Source: Aquidulcibacter sp. (GTDB lineage: Bacteria; Pseudomonadota; Alphaproteobacteria; Caulobacterales; Aquidulcibacteraceae). Taken from it: DNA of 64,000 bases. A model generated the notes under the pieces. It saw nothing but the letters and a program-made list of their open reading frames with translations, searched no databases and had not been told where the DNA came from. Positions 60,455-64,000 of the stretch are shown here, one piece after another (the stretch's first letter is position 1; each line of letters starts with the position of its first letter). The stretch is taken from assembly GCF_044346625.1 (NCBI RefSeq), contig NZ_JBIIYV010000004.1, positions 4,467 through 68,466 of the forward strand, read 5' to 3'. The position numbers and the translations under genes were made by a program.

Positions 60455-61734
60455 TAGACCGCTTTCAGGATAAGCGCCGCGTTGGTGCCGCCAAAGCCAA
60501 AGGAATTGGACAACACAGCCTTAGCAACCACTTTCTTGGCCTCCAGCGGAACCAAATCAATCTGGGTCTCCACAGATGGATTGCGCAGATTGAGTGTCGG
60601 TGGGGCGATTTGATCCCGTAACACTAGAAGCGAGAAGATTGCTTCAACCGAGCCTGCGGCTCCCAATAGATGGCCGATTGCGGACTTAGTTGAAGACATG
60701 GTCAAGCCTTGGGTGTCCGCGCCAAACAAACGCTCTACCGCCCGCAACTCAATCTCGTCACCCAAGGGGGTCGAGGTGCCGTGCGCGTTGACATAGCCGA
60801 TGTCTGAAGTCGCAAGACCTGCGTCTTTCAACGCAGAGCGCATGGCCCGGAAGCCGCCATTGCCATCTTCAGAAGGCGCTGTGATGTGATAGGCATCACC
60901 CGACATGCCATAGCCTGCCACTTCGCCATAAATCTTGGCACCGCGTGCTTTGGCATGCTCATATTCTTCCAAGACGACAACGCCTGCGCCTTCGCCTAAC
61001 ACAAAGCCGTCGCGGTCCTTGTCATAGGGGCGAGAAGCCGAAGTTGGGTCCTCGTTAAAGCCACTCGACAGCGCGCGCGCTGCGGCAAAGCCGGCAATGC
61101 CGATCTTACAAACCGCAGCCTCACAGCCACCTGCAACCATCACATCGGCGTCGCCATATTTGATGATGCGGGCGGCGTCACCAATGGCATGTGCCCCGGT
61201 CGCACAAGCGGTCACCACAGAATGGTTAGGGCCTTTAAAACCGTGCTTGATCGACACGTGGCCAGAAGTCAGATTGATCAGCGCCGAGGGCACGAAGAAG
61301 GGGCTGATCTTTCGGTGCCCTTCCTTCTCAAGAAGCAGCGCATTGTTTGCAATGGTGGAAAGACCACCAATGCCAGAGCCAATCATGACGCCAGTGCGCT
61401 CTTGCTGTTCTTCGGTTTCCGCAACCCAGCCAGAATCGGCAATCGCCTCATTAGCAGCTGCGACCCCGTACAAAATAAACTCATCGACGCGCCGACGGTC
61501 CCGCGAGGACATCGCGGTTTCAGGATCGAACGACCCTGCCACATCCGCTCCGCCACCACCGCGCCCAGTCGTCCAAGGGACTTCACAGGCATAGTGGACT
61601 GGCAGGTCAGATGCATCAAACGCAGAAATGGTGCCTGCCCCGTTTGCACCGGACAACAGGCTTTTCCAAACGAAATCGGCCCCGACCCCGATTGGGGTGA
61701 CGAGGCCGATTCCCGTCACGACAACGCGACGCAT
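60454..61734 (-). CDS. fabF: Beta-ketoacyl-ACP synthase II
   Basis: 426 aa. It has the active-site Cys in VVTACATGAH, the His motifs AHGTSTP and STKS..GH.LGAAG, and sits downstream of acpP. Confidence 0.92.
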   Translation of the reverse strand: MRRVVVTGIGLVTPIGVGADFVWKSLLSGANGAGTISAFDASDLPVHYACEVPWTTGRGGGGADVAGSFDPETAMSSRDRRRVDEFILYGVAAANEAIADSGWVAETEEQQERTGVMIGSGIGGLSTIANNALLLEKEGHRKISPFFVPSALINLTSGHVSIKHGFKGPNHSVVTACATGAHAIGDAARIIKYGDADVMVAGGCEAAVCKIGIAGFAAARALSSGFNEDPTSASRPYDKDRDGFVLGEGAGVVVLEEYEHAKARGAKIYGEVAGYGMSGDAYHITAPSEDGNGGFRAMRSALKDAGLATSDIGYVNAHGTSTPLGDEIELRAVERLFGADTQGLTMSSTKSAIGHLLGAAGSVEAIFSLLVLRDQIAPPTLNLRNPSVETQIDLVPLEAKKVVAKAVLSNSFGFGGTNAALILKAV

Positions 61735-61741
61735 GTTCTGA

Positions 61742-61978
61742 TCAGCCAGCGTTGGCCGAAATGAACTTCACCGCGTCGCCGACGGTTTGGATCTTTTCAG
61801 CAGCATCATCTGGAATCTCAACGCCAAACTCTTCTTCAAAAGCCATGACAAGTTCCACTGTATCGAGGCTGTCTGCGCCCAGATCATCAATGAAGCTCGC
61901 ATTTTCAACGACTTTTTCCGCATCAGCGTCCAAGTGTTCAATTACGATCTTTTTTACGCGGTCGAAAACGTCAGACAT
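61742..61978 (-). CDS. acpP: Acyl carrier protein
   Basis: 78 aa with the phosphopantetheine attachment motif [12 protein letters not shown]. Confidence 0.92.
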   Translation of the reverse strand: MSDVFDRVKKIVIEHLDADAEKVVENASFIDDLGADSLDTVELVMAFEEEFGVEIPDDAAEKIQTVGDAVKFISANAG

Positions 61979-62104
61979 TGTTGGTCCTCGAATCCTGCCG
62001 AAGTCTCTTCGGCGTTGTTATAGTTACCGTTTTGCCAACATAGCGCCACGGGAGTTCAACGAATTAGCACCTTTGGCTTGAGGCCGCTAGCGCCAAAACA
62101 GTAC

Positions 62105-62839
62105 CTAAATCATCGCCATTCCGCCATTTACGTGCAAAGTCTGCCCGGTAACATAGCTGGCTTGATCGGATGCTAGATAGACAACCGCTGCAGCAATGTC
62201 ATCAGGCTGACCAAGTCGAGCGGCAGGAATAGACTTAGTAATGGCCTCCTTTTGCGCCTCATTCAGCGCATCTGTCATCGGCGAGACGATAAATCCTGGC
62301 GCGATACAATTGGCTGTAATGCCGCGAGAAGCCAGTTCTTGTGCAATGGATTTTGTAAAGCCGATCATGCCTGCTTTTGACGCTGCATAATTGGCCTGGC
62401 CCGGATTGCCTGTGACACCCACAACCGATGTGATCGCAATGATCCGGCCAAAGCGCCGCTTCATCATGCCCTTCGAGGCTGCGCGCGCTAAGCGGAAATA
62501 AGACCCCAGATTAACATCGAGCACGCGCTCAAAATCCTCATCCTTCATGCGCAAAAGCAAACCGTCTTTGGTGATCCCGGCATTTGCAACCAAAATATCC
62601 AAGCCACCCAGCGCTTCTTCAGCCCGACCAATCAAACCGTCAGTCTCTGCGGGGTCAGACAAATTGCAGGCCAGCGCCACGCTGCCCGGCAATTCTGCAC
62701 TTAGGGCATCTAACGCTTCTTGGCGGGTACCCGACAAGGCAACTTGTGCGCCAGCAGCGTGTAAAGCACGCGCAATGGCCCCGCCAATGCCCCCGGTTGC
62801 GCCAGTTACGAGCGCCTTTTTGCCTGTTAGATCAAACAT
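62105..62839 (-). CDS. fabG: 3-oxoacyl-ACP reductase
   Basis: 244 aa. It is a short-chain dehydrogenase/reductase (SDR) with TGATGGIG and the catalytic motif YAASKAG, in the fabD-fabG-acpP context. Confidence 0.9.
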   Translation of the reverse strand: MFDLTGKKALVTGATGGIGGAIARALHAAGAQVALSGTRQEALDALSAELPGSVALACNLSDPAETDGLIGRAEEALGGLDILVANAGITKDGLLLRMKDEDFERVLDVNLGSYFRLARAASKGMMKRRFGRIIAITSVVGVTGNPGQANYAASKAGMIGFTKSIAQELASRGITANCIAPGFIVSPMTDALNEAQKEAITKSIPAARLGQPDDIAAAVVYLASDQASYVTGQTLHVNGGMAMI

Positions 62840-62859
62840 GTGCGTTGCCTCTTTCGTCT

Positions 62860-63801
62860 TTAAGTCAAGGAAGCGGCGAAGGCCGCAATTTCATCAGCAC
62901 CGGTAAGCGCAAGAGAGGTCGCGTCTGGGGCGATGCGCTTGGACATGCCGGTCAGCACACTGCCGGCACCCAATTCCACGAACTGAGCGGCACCTTGGGC
63001 GGCGAACCAGCCAATCGATTCCCGCCATCTAACGCGTCCGGTCACTTGCTCCACCAGCAATTTGGCGATGGTGTCAGGATCTTGCGTCGGCTTCACCGTG
63101 ACATTGGACAGCACAGGGACGATAGGCTTGTGGATGGTGGTTGCAGCAAGCGCTGCGGCCATTTCTTCGGCTGCTGGGGCCATCAACGAGCAATGGAAGG
63201 GGGCGGAAACAGACAATGGGATTGCGCGAGCACCCATCTCTTTCGCGGCTGCAATGGCCGCATCCACGCCCTCTTTCGTGCCGGAAATAACGATGTTGCC
63301 TGCATTATTGTCATTGGCCACGACACAAACGCCAACTTTGGCACCCGCAGCAGCGGCGGCTTCTGCCAAGGCCAAATCCACTTTCGGGCCAATCAAACTC
63401 GCCATCGCGCCAAGACCCGGCGCAACCGCGCGCTGCATCGCTTGACCGCGCAGACGCAACAGGCGAGCTGCATCGCCAATCGAAAACGCCCCTGCGGCTG
63501 TAAGCGCCGAATATTCGCCTAGGGAATGACCAGCGACAAACGCCGCCCGGTCAACACCGATGCCAAAGTCTGTTCGCAAGACGGTCACGACTGCCATGCT
63601 CACAGCCATCAAAGCGGGCTGGGCATTTTCGGTTAGCGTCAGCGTCTCAATCGGACCTTCTGCCATTAGGCTTGAGAGCTTTTGCCCAAGCGCGTCATCA
63701 ATCTCTGCAAAGACCTGCTTTGCGGCGGGGAATGCTTCGGCAAGGGCAACACCCATACCGACGCTTTGGCTACCTTGGCCGGGAAATTGGAAAATCAGCA
63801 T
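62860..63801 (-). CDS. fabD: ACP S-malonyltransferase
   Basis: 313 aa. It has the N-terminal FPGQGSQ motif and the active site GHSLGEYSAL. Confidence 0.9.
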   Translation of the reverse strand: MLIFQFPGQGSQSVGMGVALAEAFPAAKQVFAEIDDALGQKLSSLMAEGPIETLTLTENAQPALMAVSMAVVTVLRTDFGIGVDRAAFVAGHSLGEYSALTAAGAFSIGDAARLLRLRGQAMQRAVAPGLGAMASLIGPKVDLALAEAAAAAGAKVGVCVVANDNNAGNIVISGTKEGVDAAIAAAKEMGARAIPLSVSAPFHCSLMAPAAEEMAAALAATTIHKPIVPVLSNVTVKPTQDPDTIAKLLVEQVTGRVRWRESIGWFAAQGAAQFVELGAGSVLTGMSKRIAPDATSLALTGADEIAAFAASLT

Positions 63802-63855
63802 GATTTGGCGTTAGCGTTGCAGGCCCGATTAGGCAAGTGGGCAGTAGAAAAGGGC

Positions 63856-63999
63856 TTAGACAGGATGGGCCAAACCATCCCAACCCAGCCAAGCGGCAAT
63901 GCCCAAAAGGGCTAGGGTAAAAAAGATATTCAAATAGGTGCGCCGTTTGCCAGCGCTCAACCACGGGCGCAGGCCGCCCGCTGCTAGAACAATGGCCAA
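63856..63999 (-). CDS. C-terminal fragment of a membrane protein (5' end beyond the right edge)
   Basis: Hand translation of the minus strand from the window edge gives LAIVLAAGGLRPWLSAGKRRTYLNIFFTLALLGIAAWLGWDGLAHPV*. It is hydrophobic and open to the edge. No family is assigned. Confidence 0.35.
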   Translation of the reverse strand: MAIVLAAGGLRPWLSAGKRRTYLNIFFTLALLGIAAWLGWDGLAHPV

Positions 64000-64000
64000 A

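Noticed and set aside
62584-63522. 312-aa plus-strand ORF.
   Set aside because: It is fully antisense to fabG/fabD, whose products carry unambiguous motifs. The translation is Arg/Gly/Cys/His-rich with no motif. It is a typical GC-rich shadow ORF.

Overview
This window looks like core chromosome from a moderately GC-rich alphaproteobacterium. The assignment rests on synteny: tpiA-secG-pyrG, ppiD-trpEGDC, clpS-clpA, guaB-GNAT-rsmB, aroQ-accB-accC-aat-DUF2155-NDUFA12 and fabD-fabG-acpP-fabF-mltG-yicC-gmk. About 60 protein genes are called from the ORF track plus motifs read directly in the translations, and several starts were moved to internal ATGs with better Shine-Dalgarno (SD) support. I see no rRNA, tRNA, CRISPR array, transposase, integrase or obvious defence island. 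The only RNA element I recognise is a TPP riboswitch (about 47383-47497, minus strand) controlling a TonB-dependent receptor and tenA. I found no clear-cut novel multi-gene system, and most of the window is ordinary housekeeping DNA. The most unusual items are listed below.
1. An 868-bp ORF-poor, palindrome-dense island between trpC and a GNAT gene (9167-10034). It holds a perfect 19-bp inverted repeat, a possible structured RNA and a 131-nt multi-hairpin module.
2. A 916-aa paralogue of class II ribonucleotide reductase (NrdJ). Its C-terminal TSCPD/zinc-ribbon part is intact, but its active-site motifs appear degenerate (53240-55990).
3. An orphan HerA/DUF87-type ATPase with no partner gene (31943-33955).
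4. A receiver-domain protein with Glu at the phospho-acceptor position (1284-2264).
5. A 209-bp tail-to-tail overlap of aat and the DUF2155 gene, in a stretch open in four reading frames (51626-51834).
All family assignments come from reading motifs and from memory. No database search was run.
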